Of a stretch of DNA of 64,000 bases, positions 8,184 through 17,683 are shown one piece after another. The stretch's first letter is position 1. The number at the start of each line of letters is the position of its first letter. Position numbers and translations under genes: made by a program. Below the pieces are notes generated by a model, which was not told where the DNA came from, did not search any database, and was given only the letters and a program-made list of their open reading frames with translations. Origin of the DNA: an uncultured virus (IMG/VR IMGVR_UViG_3300005469_000597). Taxonomy: Duplodnaviria; Heunggongvirae; Uroviricota; Caudoviricetes. The DNA lies in IMG/VR virus record IMGVR_UViG_3300005469_000597. One strand, 5' to 3'.

Positions 8184-8293
8184 CAGCCGCACGCCGTTGT
8201 TCGTGTTCGCGTTCGAGGCAGCGTTGTTCGCATTGACGTACGCGAGACCGTAGTTCGCGTTCGCATTGTTGCCGGCGCGCCGGGGCAAACGGC
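8184..8293 (-). repeat. DGR template repeat (TR), 110 bp
   Basis: Ungapped match to 8498-8607; 25 adenines on minus strand (11 AAY codons, 2 TAC, 1 ACG). Confidence 0.97.
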
Positions 8294-8318
8294 TTTGAAG
8301 TTCTCTACCTTTTGGGTG

Positions 8319-8326
8319 CAAAATTA
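8319..8326 (-). promoter_or_regulatory. -7 promoter element for the TR-RT transcript
   Basis: TAATTTTG on minus strand, 25 bp upstream of TR. Confidence 0.6.
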
Positions 8327-8364
8327 CGAAAAATCAGGGACATGGAAAAATCAAAATATATCGA

Positions 8365-8425
8365 CTCGCCTTACGGCGAGGAAAAAGGGAGAGGGAGCAG
8401 CCTCCCGATGGTCGGCTCTCCCTCT
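8365..8425 (-). other. Two hairpins downstream of VR (candidate DGR target-recognition element and/or terminator)
   Basis: CTCGCC-GTAA-GGCGAG (8365-8380) and AGAGGGAG/CTCCCTCT (8390-8425). Confidence 0.55.
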
Positions 8426-8452
8426 GTCGCTTTTTCGCTCTTACGATTTACG

Positions 8453-11400
8453 TTAGGCCGCTTGTACGATGACGATTCCGTTCTTCTTTCTGAAGGCCAG
8501 CCGCACGCCGTAGCACGTGTTCGCGTACGAGGCAGCGTAGTTCGCATAGACGCACGCGAGACCGAAGTACGCGAGCGCATAGACGCCGGCGCGCCGGGGC
8601 AAACGGCCTCTTGAATGAGAATACCACTGCGCATCAGCATAGTTCTGGTTCCACTGCGTTTTGTCATTAGTAAGCCTTGATGCTATCATGTCGCAGAATC
8701 TGCCATGCTTAGTTCGGCCGATACAATAGTCAGTGGCGTTTAGACCCTGAACGACACGCTCGGTACCAGTAAGCATATTGTAGATATGCCACTTGGCATC
8801 AATCGGGAATGATGCGTCGTTGTCGCTGTACTTGCCCTTACGCCAGTCAATGAACGTAGAGATGTTGATACCTACGCAATCCATAGCCTCATAGCAGCAC
8901 GCAACATAGTTCTGTAAACCAAACAGAATATTACCGAGATGTCCGGTTGAGGTACCGAATCGGGTAATGTTGCCTAAGTCATTGGCTCCGTTGGCACCGG
9001 TCGTATAAGCATGAGTACAACCGTATCCACACTTTGCCTGAATGTCGCGATCGCCGACGATGCCGTAGGTGATTTGTGCAAGGTCACAGTTCATCTCATA
9101 GTCCTCGGCCTGGAAACCCTCGCCGCGCATACGGCAAAGGTTGATGAGGTCAGCCGATGAGTAGTGCATGGTTGATGTTGGCACTGTTGTGTTGGTCAAG
9201 TTGCCGTTGGAGTCATACGCCCACTCTGAATTGGTGGAGTGATTGTCATCTCCTCGACGAACAGCCGCACCACTTATGGAACGTATCCTCATCAGCGCAT
9301 CGAGAGAACCGCCATACACACCGAGAAGGTATTCGTCAACCTCCACCCAATCGGGTTCGATGGCCTCGATAGCGGAGCTGTCAACGGCGATAGCCTCCTG
9401 GTCGTCGAATCCCTTTGGCGACGTGAACACGAACTTCTTTGCTCCTTTGGGCACATCAATAAAGATGTAATCGCCAAGTGTGAAGTCGAAGAGCGAGTTG
9501 CTGACGCTCATATTGTACTTCGAGATGACTTTACCGTCCTCGTCAAGGAATACCGCGCCTATCTGAGCATTGTTAAGACCGGGCCAACGCACCTGCTTCA
9601 TGCCGTCAACATCAATGGCATAGACATTCATGTTGGGGTTGTCGGTAAGCGCGCAGGTGCCACCGGCCACAACATCAGTCGTAACGATTGCCGATAACTC
9701 CTTAACCAAGATCTGCGACAGCTTTTTGCGGATGCGGCGCAGTGTGCCGTCGGCATTGAGTGCGCAGGTTGAAAGCGGCTCGGTTGACAACATTGAGAAA
9801 CAAGTGTATTTCAACTGGTTCTTGTAGTCATTGATACCCTTATAATGGTGCTTGGGAATGTGCTTCATCACATCAAACCCCTCACCTGACATATCAGAGG
9901 GGTCATAGGAGGAGCCGTCGGCGAGCAACGCATAATTGCTGTCGCTGATAGGAGTACAGTACATCTTCCCGTCAGTGGCGTTGAGAGCAGCTTTCATAGC
10001 GTGGCTCCGCTGAACCATCAGTTGCCAGTGCGCCGGTACGGTGTAGGTGTTGTTAAAACGGTACCCAGTGCTGTCATCCATGTTGGAGATATTCTCGGTG
10101 TCAGGCTCTACATCGGAATAGCAGATAGTAGAATACTGCGAGTTGTGGATGTCGAGTGCCGGGAAATACGCCTTGAACGCAGAGAGTTGTGCATCAGTAA
10201 CAAGGTCGGTGAATATCCATCGTCCTGTAACGCCGGAACACTTGCCGGTCTCGTCGTATGCCTGTCCGGTGGGGTCAAGGCCGATGGCTCCGCTCGCTTT
10301 CAGAGCAGAGAGCGTTGCAGAGGGAGCTATGATGTTCACATCCGGCAGACGGAGATAACGAATGTTGGAGGCCGATATAATTCCGTTGATAAGGCTCATC
10401 GGGTCGATGTCGGGACATCCAGCTAACATCAGACGGTTCACGTTGGCCATGCTTGCGATTGTCAGGCCGCCGGGATAAGATAGTTTGGGCAGGTTCACGA
10501 GGTTGAGTTCTGTCATGCCGGCAGGCAGTTCGAGAGTCTCAATCGGCGAGGTCTCGGCAAGTCGGATAGTGGTGAGGTCCGAGCCGGAGGCCAGTACGGT
10601 CTCAAGTCGTGGGCAACCCTCGGCGTTGATAGTGGTTATCTCCGTGTTGCGCACGTCGAGATGCTTCAGGAACGGAAGGTCGCCGAGGTTCATCTGCTGG
10701 AGAAATCCCGTATTGCCTGGCGACAGCGTCCAATTCGTCTTGTGGTTGAGTGAGCCGATGACGATTTTCTCGGCCAATCTCATCTGCGAGAACTGGAAAT
10801 TCGGGTCAAGCGAGATTTCCGATAGGTCTATCTCGCTCATCTGGTCGGCCTGATAGATGTAGAGCAGCACATTGTCGCCGTGCTGGAACTGTGTGAACAC
10901 CCCGGTCTCTCCGGCTTTGAGGTACATTCCTTGCGTAACATTACCACCGTCATTACCGATACCGAAATACCCGTCTTTGGCGGCCTTGAACGTAATCTTG
11001 GCACCAGTCTTGGCTCCGATACGACCGCCGAGAACGTGCGAGGCATCCTTGAAGTCGCCCGTCTGATAGTAGCCGTCGCGGACACGCCAGCGTTGCTGTA
11101 TGAAGGCAGGGAGCGACTGTCGGCCGGAACCGTGCAGGGCATAGAAATAGATGTCGTTGTATAGCTCGGAATACTTGATGTATTTGCGCTCACAGTCGTA
11201 GGTGCAGACCACTTTCGGCCACACCTCAATTCTGTTCTTGACGAAATAGTAGAGTGCGCCCTGTGGCGAGAACGGCCCTGCGCCGACTCCCTCTATTTCG
11301 GGGAGGTTGCGCATGGTATTCACCACGCCGGGGAGAGTGAGGGTGTTGCCGCTTGCATCGCATACCATTTCCTGATTTGAGCAACGGCGCAGATTGTTCC

Positions 11401-14400
11401 AAAGGATAGAGCCACGGCCGGCGTAACACTTTTCATCCTCTTCCGGGTTGAGGTCGGCAGGAATGGTGTTGCCGCCGTCGTTGTCCTTGCCGTTGCAGGT
11501 ATCGCAGTCGTACACTTTATTCTCGTACATCCGTATGGGTTCCATAGCGGAAGGAGATGTATAGACACCGTTCTCAACGGAGCAACCGCCCTCAAGGAAG
11601 AACATAGGCTGCATATTCTTTGCTTGCTGGTCCACGGCGGCGAGGAAATCTGTAAAGGCATAGTAGGCGTTGAGCGAATGTGCGCTCATGTACTTCCATG
11701 CGTTCTGTTTCCAGATGCCTTGCCATGTGTCGGCAAGTGACTCTTTCGAGTAATCGCACGAGTTGCAGAACCTGAGAACATTGAACAGCTCAAACGGAAC
11801 CTTGCGACCCATTGCGAGGTCTTCCTGAAGATGATCGTCATCAATCATGCACTCGAAATACTGTGTCCATGCCGGATAGGTAGGCTGGCCGAGGCTCAGC
11901 TTCTGAACCCACGAAGATGCGGTGGTGGTGGGCGCCATCATGTCGTCGATACCGCCTACTCCCATAAACCAGTCCATGCCGTCGTAGGTGATGAGTTCGT
12001 AGCCGCTGACAGGATTCAGCACATCGCCTGAAATGACCCATTGGCCGTTGACTTGTTTCATTGAGCCGGGAGCCACTGCCCACTCGCCGCCGCTGTACCG
12101 CATGAATTTATAATCGCGGCCGCAATACTGCGAGAGCAGATAGAGTTTCGATGTGTCAAGCCCCTCGGTGGTCTTGAACCGGGCCACGATTTCAGCGAGA
12201 GTCTCCTGCTTTACGAAGTGGCCGTTGCTGTCGAATGTGGCCTTGCCGAAGAACTCTATGAAGTCTCCATAATTCCTGCACCCCTTGTTGTATCCGGGCG
12301 TGTCCATGAATCCGAGCGCAACCTGCTCCCCTTTGTCCTCTTTCCAGTTACCGCGTGCATGGAACCAGGCATCAGTCAGGCTCTCGTTGGTGGCGCGGAA
12401 CGCGGCAATGGGATGGTTGGCCGTGGAGTGGTTCATTTGCAATCCGGTGACGGTTATATCGCCTTTCTTCCATGTGCCGTCAAAGGCACGTTGCGCCGGA
12501 GTGAGATAGTTGTTGCCGAGGGCACGGAACGTGGCGTTCATCATATCGCACACTCCGCAGTCATTCGCCATCGAGGAATCCGAGTAGTCAACCTTGACGG
12601 TGATGATTGCAACCGGGATGGTGTTCTGGCCGACGCGGATATAGTTCTGCGCGAACAGCTCGTAGGTCTTGAGTGCGTCAGTGTTGGTGTAATCGGGATT
12701 GAGTGCCGTAATGACGGTTGGATTGGCCTTGTCGACAGGCTTACGGAGATAAAATCTATCGTTCTTAATGGGCCTCTTGGCCGAGGTGGTACCCTGACGG
12801 CGCCATTGCACATTGGTAGCCTTGAACGACCTCCACGGCATTGTCGGGTGGAAATAGAACAGCGTGCAGTTGAACTTGGTCGATGTATTGATGTCGGAGT
12901 CAAAGCTGTCGAATGTGGCCTGAGATGCGACAACTACATAGTAAGGGAAGCCCTTCTCTTTGAGCTGCTGCATCGAGGGGCGGTTCTGATTATCGAGAAC
13001 ATTCTCTGCATCGTACTCGGCAATCATCGCGTCGGTGTCGGTCAGTTTGCAGAGGTAATTGTCGAAAGCTTGTGCCCACTCGTAATAGGTATCATAGGCC
13101 ATCAGATAGTAGAGGTAGAAATCGGCATCGGTGCCGTCGAAATCTATCTCTTTCTGATTGAGGATTGCGCCGGAGTTGGAGACATAGCCGATAGTGCCTA
13201 TCTCCTCGCCGTCCATGTAGAGCTTGATGTTGGAGTATTCGGTGGTACCGCGCAGATGGCTGATGGTCGAAGGCTCTACAACAAGTCCGACGGTGTGCTT
13301 CTCTCCGCACTTGAACGAGCGTGTAATTGTACCTGGTGTACCCGTCTTGCAGTTCACGACTATCTTATTGCCGCAGATATAGAATCCGGCACCGCTGTCA
13401 GGGTCGTAGCACTCCATCAGTTTGGCCTCGCTGTCCTTTACGTTGTTAGTCGCAAAGGCGAATTGCAGAGCCATACCGTTGGTGCGCTCGGTGGCCGACA
13501 ATGCGAAAGGTGCGTATGGCAGGTGAGCCTTGACATTCTCGGCAATGCGCAGGGCTGTCTCACCGAGGTACGGACGGAATCCGTTGGATGACCAGTTGGA
13601 GCCGACAACGCTCAGTACATAGCTTCCGTCGCTGATGGTGTGGTCGGCCTCATCATTGGAGCGCGTGGCGAAGTCGAGGCCGAACAGTGCGCCACTCTTG
13701 ATTGCGGCGGCAATCGCGGAGCCTTGAACTGTAACCTCGATGGCTTTGGACTGTACGGACGCGCTCCGGGAGTAGCAGCTGATTTTCTTGGTGCCGTCGG
13801 CAGCGTATCCGTTGATCTGCTTGCGGACGGTGTAGGTCTGGCCTATCTGACATTCAAGAGTCGTGGCTTTCTGTCCGTCGATATAGACATCGGCCGAGGT
13901 GGAGTTTTTGCCGGGAGTATAGGCGGCCACTTCGAGAACGAGCGTGTCATACAGACGGATGGAGCCGTTGTTGGTGTCGTTGAAGCGCATGGCCACTATC
14001 GGCGTGGAGGACTCCGGATCCACGCACATCACGGCAGTATAGAACTTGTTGCCGGTAACGCCGGAGGCCACATCCTCACCCCAGAAGCGAATGGGATATG
14101 AGCCGTGGGTCATCTTCTCGTTGCCCCCAAGTACATTGTTAGGGTTAATGGAGATAGAGTGCGTGTAGTTGTCGGTGATGATTGCCGTGCCCAGGCTCTT
14201 CCACTCGCCGCCGATGAATATCTCGGTGTAGGCTTTCACGCCCTGCTTGCTTACGTTGTTCGGGAACTTGTAGAGGCTGATGTTCTTGACGCTCCCGCCG
14301 ACTTCAAGAGAGTTTCGGGTATAGTTCAACGCCTGCTCACAAGTAACAGTAACATCGACAGCCGTAACGGTCACGGTCTTGCGGCGCACGTTGCCGTCGG

Positions 14401-16852
14401 CATCATAGGCCACTATGGTGAAATCGCGGGCGGCAGCCTCGCTGAAATATGGCGTAAAGTCGAATGTGAACGAGTAATTGGTGGCAGAGGTTGATGAGTT
14501 CTGGTTGACAGCCTCGCTCAGGAGCGTGATGCCGGAGGTGGTGTCTACTATTTCGACGCGGCGGATCATGTTCAGTATCTCGGTCTCGCCCTCATAGGTG
14601 ACGGAACGGATAGCGGCACGGAGTATGATGTCGGAACCGAAAGCGGCATAGACGGAGGACTCTTCAGGAATGATTGAAAGAGTCGTGCCGCCGGCCTGAC
14701 CGCTGCCGGTGCTCTTGGGTAACTTGATGGAGTCGCCCATCTCCTTGTCGCTCTTGCTTACGGCCTTGATGATGTAGTGTTCGGCGTCCTGCTCCAGTTC
14801 CATGTGGTCGAAGGCGGCCTGAGCCATATCGTAGGCGCCGCCCGTGGAGAAGGCATCTTTGCCGCCGGAGGCAGGGGTATCTTCCGTCTTGACGGCACCA
14901 CCGCCGCCGAAAGACTTCCAGAGGTCTTTGCTTGAAAGGTCGGTGGCCTGACCGGTGAACTGATAAGTCTCCCATCCGTACTCGCTGGCGCGGAAAGTGA
15001 TTATCAGACCGCCTTTCGAGTAGTCGATGCTCGATGACTGTATGTAGGAAAGTAGCGCGTCAATGGCGGTGTCTTTGGTATAGTAACCGGCCACGGCCCG
15101 GGGAACGAGTTCGTCGATATTGATTATGGCCTCAGACCCGGCGCTCATGCCGGCGAGGTCAATCCAGTTGTCGATGTTCTTGAACTGGCCTTCGGTGTCG
15201 TTCACTCCGACGTACTGATAGGACTTCCATGTGCGCGGGCCGATGGCGAATGTGATTTGCAGACCGACAGAGGCCACGCCGTGCTCAAATACGGCGGTCA
15301 GTACATTGTGAGTCTGCGCCTCGGCCTTGATATCGGAGTAGTATTCGCCGGTCGGCAGAGGTATTTCTACGGTGGCGTTGAATGTGTTGCCGACGGCGGA
15401 GCCGGACAACGGCATCATCTTGCCGTCTACGACATGGAACAGCTCTGACTCGCATCGATAGATGTTGTCGGGGTTGGCCGTCATGTCGGAGTTGTAGATT
15501 TCCTCGTACCATCCTTTCATCTCGAAAGTAGAGTTGCCGAAACAGCGGAATCCGGCACCGTCCTCATCATTGGGGCAATAGTAGATGCCACTCGTCGGGG
15601 CGGTGCCTGTACCGTCCCATATACCGTCAAAGGGCAATATTTTTACACCGAAGATTTGGTTTTCGAGGTCTCTGGCTTTGGACTGGAGAGCTGCGCCCTC
15701 GTCGCCGGGGAAGGCCGAGGATGCAGTGTGGCCGAGAGCGAGGTCGGAACCGATTGTGACGAGTTCAGAACCACTCCAGCGGTATGTTTTGTTCGATGAG
15801 GTGCAGGTATAAATCTTGCCGCTGTCAGGAGTACGCCCGTCAATCGTTGCGTCCTCTCCGAAACTGTCTGCATCGAGCCAATTATTGTAGTAGGTGAACT
15901 GACCGACGATGATGATAGGTTCTCCGGTGGTGTCCTCAATCTGCCAGAACTCGCCCGCAAGTTCTCCGAGCTGATACTTGGAGCCAATATTTCCGCTTAC
16001 AGTAGTCTGAGTCGTGATGTCTCCGACGCTCTGTGCTTTGAGCGTCCTTACAGGACGAATGACGGTACCCCAGTTCTCGGCGGTGTCAATGGTTCGTTTC
16101 GCTACGGCGAGAAGGAATCTGTTCTTCTCGGTATCATACACGACCATACAGCCTGAATCGGTGGATTTATGGATTGAAGATGCCATCTGCGGAGTAACGC
16201 CGCTTACCATAGCATTGAACTCTACGACATCATCGACATATCCGGGCAACTGTGCAGCCGGAACCTTGCCGCCGCTGTCAAGCGTGGCGAGGCCACCGGG
16301 TTGTCCTTTGGTGTCGGTTACAGCCTTTGCCGCATTGGCGGTACTTTGAGCTGCTGCCGCAGCAGAGCTGGCCGCATTAGCGGTGTTTTGGGCGCCGGTG
16401 GCTGCTGACCTTGCCGCGTTGGCGGTGTCCTGGGCGGCATTTGCCTTGGAGATTGCGGTCTGCCCATTGTCATAGGCTGTCTGAATCTTGACCTTATCCA
16501 AAGCAGTGATGATACCGGCCTTTGCAGAGGTAGCAACCGGCACGTTGCATGAAATGGTTGTACCGGCTGACTTGATAGTGAGCGTCGCGGTACTTTCTCC
16601 TACATCGAATGATACCGATTTCAGTACATTCTTTCCGATGAGTGTTCTCAACGAGTCCTGATCAGAAGATGACATGGACGCGATGAGGTCTCTCAGAACA
16701 GTGTACGATACTTTGCGACCCCCGTTTAACTCGAACCAGTCGTTAGAGCCGAGCGTCGTCTGTGGCGTCAGCTGCTCTATCGTCTTGGAGTTGGTACGGA
16801 GAGACGAAAGTACGGCATCGAAGATTGTCTGTTGTTCTTGTGTTAATGCCAT
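8453..16852 (-). CDS. Giant DGR target protein, probable tail fibre/adhesin (LamG-like, CotH-like and LRR regions; C-terminal C-type-lectin-like VR domain)
   Basis: 2799 aa at the end of the tail module; QGTTSAKRPIKN and YDCDTCNGKDNDG motifs; LxxLxL repeats; VR at the C-terminus. Confidence 0.85.
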   Translation of the reverse strand: MALTQEQQTIFDAVLSSLRTNSKTIEQLTPQTTLGSNDWFELNGGRKVSYTVLRDLIASMSSSDQDSLRTLIGKNVLKSVSFDVGESTATLTIKSAGTTISCNVPVATSAKAGIITALDKVKIQTAYDNGQTAISKANAAQDTANAARSAATGAQNTANAASSAAAAAQSTANAAKAVTDTKGQPGGLATLDSGGKVPAAQLPGYVDDVVEFNAMVSGVTPQMASSIHKSTDSGCMVVYDTEKNRFLLAVAKRTIDTAENWGTVIRPVRTLKAQSVGDITTQTTVSGNIGSKYQLGELAGEFWQIEDTTGEPIIIVGQFTYYNNWLDADSFGEDATIDGRTPDSGKIYTCTSSNKTYRWSGSELVTIGSDLALGHTASSAFPGDEGAALQSKARDLENQIFGVKILPFDGIWDGTGTAPTSGIYYCPNDEDGAGFRCFGNSTFEMKGWYEEIYNSDMTANPDNIYRCESELFHVVDGKMMPLSGSAVGNTFNATVEIPLPTGEYYSDIKAEAQTHNVLTAVFEHGVASVGLQITFAIGPRTWKSYQYVGVNDTEGQFKNIDNWIDLAGMSAGSEAIINIDELVPRAVAGYYTKDTAIDALLSYIQSSSIDYSKGGLIITFRASEYGWETYQFTGQATDLSSKDLWKSFGGGGAVKTEDTPASGGKDAFSTGGAYDMAQAAFDHMELEQDAEHYIIKAVSKSDKEMGDSIKLPKSTGSGQAGGTTLSIIPEESSVYAAFGSDIILRAAIRSVTYEGETEILNMIRRVEIVDTTSGITLLSEAVNQNSSTSATNYSFTFDFTPYFSEAAARDFTIVAYDADGNVRRKTVTVTAVDVTVTCEQALNYTRNSLEVGGSVKNISLYKFPNNVSKQGVKAYTEIFIGGEWKSLGTAIITDNYTHSISINPNNVLGGNEKMTHGSYPIRFWGEDVASGVTGNKFYTAVMCVDPESSTPIVAMRFNDTNNGSIRLYDTLVLEVAAYTPGKNSTSADVYIDGQKATTLECQIGQTYTVRKQINGYAADGTKKISCYSRSASVQSKAIEVTVQGSAIAAAIKSGALFGLDFATRSNDEADHTISDGSYVLSVVGSNWSSNGFRPYLGETALRIAENVKAHLPYAPFALSATERTNGMALQFAFATNNVKDSEAKLMECYDPDSGAGFYICGNKIVVNCKTGTPGTITRSFKCGEKHTVGLVVEPSTISHLRGTTEYSNIKLYMDGEEIGTIGYVSNSGAILNQKEIDFDGTDADFYLYYLMAYDTYYEWAQAFDNYLCKLTDTDAMIAEYDAENVLDNQNRPSMQQLKEKGFPYYVVVASQATFDSFDSDINTSTKFNCTLFYFHPTMPWRSFKATNVQWRRQGTTSAKRPIKNDRFYLRKPVDKANPTVITALNPDYTNTDALKTYELFAQNYIRVGQNTIPVAIITVKVDYSDSSMANDCGVCDMMNATFRALGNNYLTPAQRAFDGTWKKGDITVTGLQMNHSTANHPIAAFRATNESLTDAWFHARGNWKEDKGEQVALGFMDTPGYNKGCRNYGDFIEFFGKATFDSNGHFVKQETLAEIVARFKTTEGLDTSKLYLLSQYCGRDYKFMRYSGGEWAVAPGSMKQVNGQWVISGDVLNPVSGYELITYDGMDWFMGVGGIDDMMAPTTTASSWVQKLSLGQPTYPAWTQYFECMIDDDHLQEDLAMGRKVPFELFNVLRFCNSCDYSKESLADTWQGIWKQNAWKYMSAHSLNAYYAFTDFLAAVDQQAKNMQPMFFLEGGCSVENGVYTSPSAMEPIRMYENKVYDCDTCNGKDNDGGNTIPADLNPEEDEKCYAGRGSILWNNLRRCSNQEMVCDASGNTLTLPGVVNTMRNLPEIEGVGAGPFSPQGALYYFVKNRIEVWPKVVCTYDCERKYIKYSELYNDIYFYALHGSGRQSLPAFIQQRWRVRDGYYQTGDFKDASHVLGGRIGAKTGAKITFKAAKDGYFGIGNDGGNVTQGMYLKAGETGVFTQFQHGDNVLLYIYQADQMSEIDLSEISLDPNFQFSQMRLAEKIVIGSLNHKTNWTLSPGNTGFLQQMNLGDLPFLKHLDVRNTEITTINAEGCPRLETVLASGSDLTTIRLAETSPIETLELPAGMTELNLVNLPKLSYPGGLTIASMANVNRLMLAGCPDIDPMSLINGIISASNIRYLRLPDVNIIAPSATLSALKASGAIGLDPTGQAYDETGKCSGVTGRWIFTDLVTDAQLSAFKAYFPALDIHNSQYSTICYSDVEPDTENISNMDDSTGYRFNNTYTVPAHWQLMVQRSHAMKAALNATDGKMYCTPISDSNYALLADGSSYDPSDMSGEGFDVMKHIPKHHYKGINDYKNQLKYTCFSMLSTEPLSTCALNADGTLRRIRKKLSQILVKELSAIVTTDVVAGGTCALTDNPNMNVYAIDVDGMKQVRWPGLNNAQIGAVFLDEDGKVISKYNMSVSNSLFDFTLGDYIFIDVPKGAKKFVFTSPKGFDDQEAIAVDSSAIEAIEPDWVEVDEYLLGVYGGSLDALMRIRSISGAAVRRGDDNHSTNSEWAYDSNGNLTNTTVPTSTMHYSSADLINLCRMRGEGFQAEDYEMNCDLAQITYGIVGDRDIQAKCGYGCTHAYTTGANGANDLGNITRFGTSTGHLGNILFGLQNYVACCYEAMDCVGINISTFIDWRKGKYSDNDASFPIDAKWHIYNMLTGTERVVQGLNATDYCIGRTKHGRFCDMIASRLTNDKTQWNQNYADAQWYSHSRGRLPRRAGVYALAYFGLACVYANYAASYANTCYGVRLAFRKKNGIVIVQAA
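8498..8607 (-). repeat. DGR variable repeat (VR), 110 bp
   Basis: 14 mismatches to TR, all at TR adenines; lies near the end of the 2799-aa ORF. Confidence 0.97.
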
Positions 16853-16855
16853 ACG

Positions 16856-17683
16856 CTATTTTATTAATCTGTTGTTTGTCTCGTTTACTGCACGGTAGTT
16901 AGTTGTATCTACGCGGCGCATGATTGCCTGATGTTCCAGAGTGAGTTTCGGGTCGATGTTTACGACCTTCTGCAAATTCTGTGTGAACACAAATGAGTTG
17001 AGGCCGTCCATGACTGCGTTAGTTTCCGGGACGCTGGCCTCTTTGCGGGCGAAACGTACACCGTCGAAGTAGACGTAATCGCAAGTGAGGAGGCGGTTAA
17101 GGAGTTCGGCAAACCATACAGGACACCCCTCAGACATGCCGAGAGTGAATTTCATCTGCGTGGACTCAAGTCCGTAGAGTTGGATTATATCCGAGTCCTC
17201 GGTAACGAACTGCTCACTCTCTACTCCGAAAGTCCAGTTGCTGTCCTTGAAACCGCCGGGCACTCTGAAATCAAAGAAATGTTGCATCCCGTCAATCCAG
17301 GAAATGACATCATGTCGGCTACGGTTATCCTTGTTGGAATATTGAATGAGTGTCGTATTGTCGAGTATATCAGCATCGTCAGTTACGCGGAACACCGCGC
17401 TGCGCCCTATTCCCATTATGCTCACTTGATAGAATCCGGGCGACAGCGACAGTGCCGCGAACCTGAGCCGAGTTGACTCAGTTATATCCCAATAGTTAAA
17501 TTGTATCTGAAAGGATGCAGAGCCGTTAATACCTACCACAGTGGCTAATCCAGCCCAAATCTTAGGGCCTAAAAGCTCTATGAGAATTTTGTCGGTCGGA
17601 GCAAAGGTCTGTATGTAGGCACTCTCTATGCCGTCGGCTTTGGCCGAGGGGAAGAACAACGGTGTGAACGGACTCAGTATCAT
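16856..17683 (-). CDS. Tail-region hypothetical protein
   Basis: 275-aa ORF tightly coupled to both neighbours. Confidence 0.7.
   Translation of the reverse strand: MILSPFTPLFFPSAKADGIESAYIQTFAPTDKILIELLGPKIWAGLATVVGINGSASFQIQFNYWDITESTRLRFAALSLSPGFYQVSIMGIGRSAVFRVTDDADILDNTTLIQYSNKDNRSRHDVISWIDGMQHFFDFRVPGGFKDSNWTFGVESEQFVTEDSDIIQLYGLESTQMKFTLGMSEGCPVWFAELLNRLLTCDYVYFDGVRFARKEASVPETNAVMDGLNSFVFTQNLQKVVNIDPKLTLEHQAIMRRVDTTNYRAVNETNNRLIK

Noticed and set aside
8034..8321. 95-aa Asn-rich ORF across TR
   Set aside because: Open frame is expected because TR copies the coding VR; its start lies inside the predicted promoter box; no Avd resemblance
12218..13591. Long + strand ORFs (also 32123-33319, 49859-50980, 52983-53867, 56738-57925)
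   Set aside because: Antisense shadows of well-supported minus-strand genes, with no recognisable motifs
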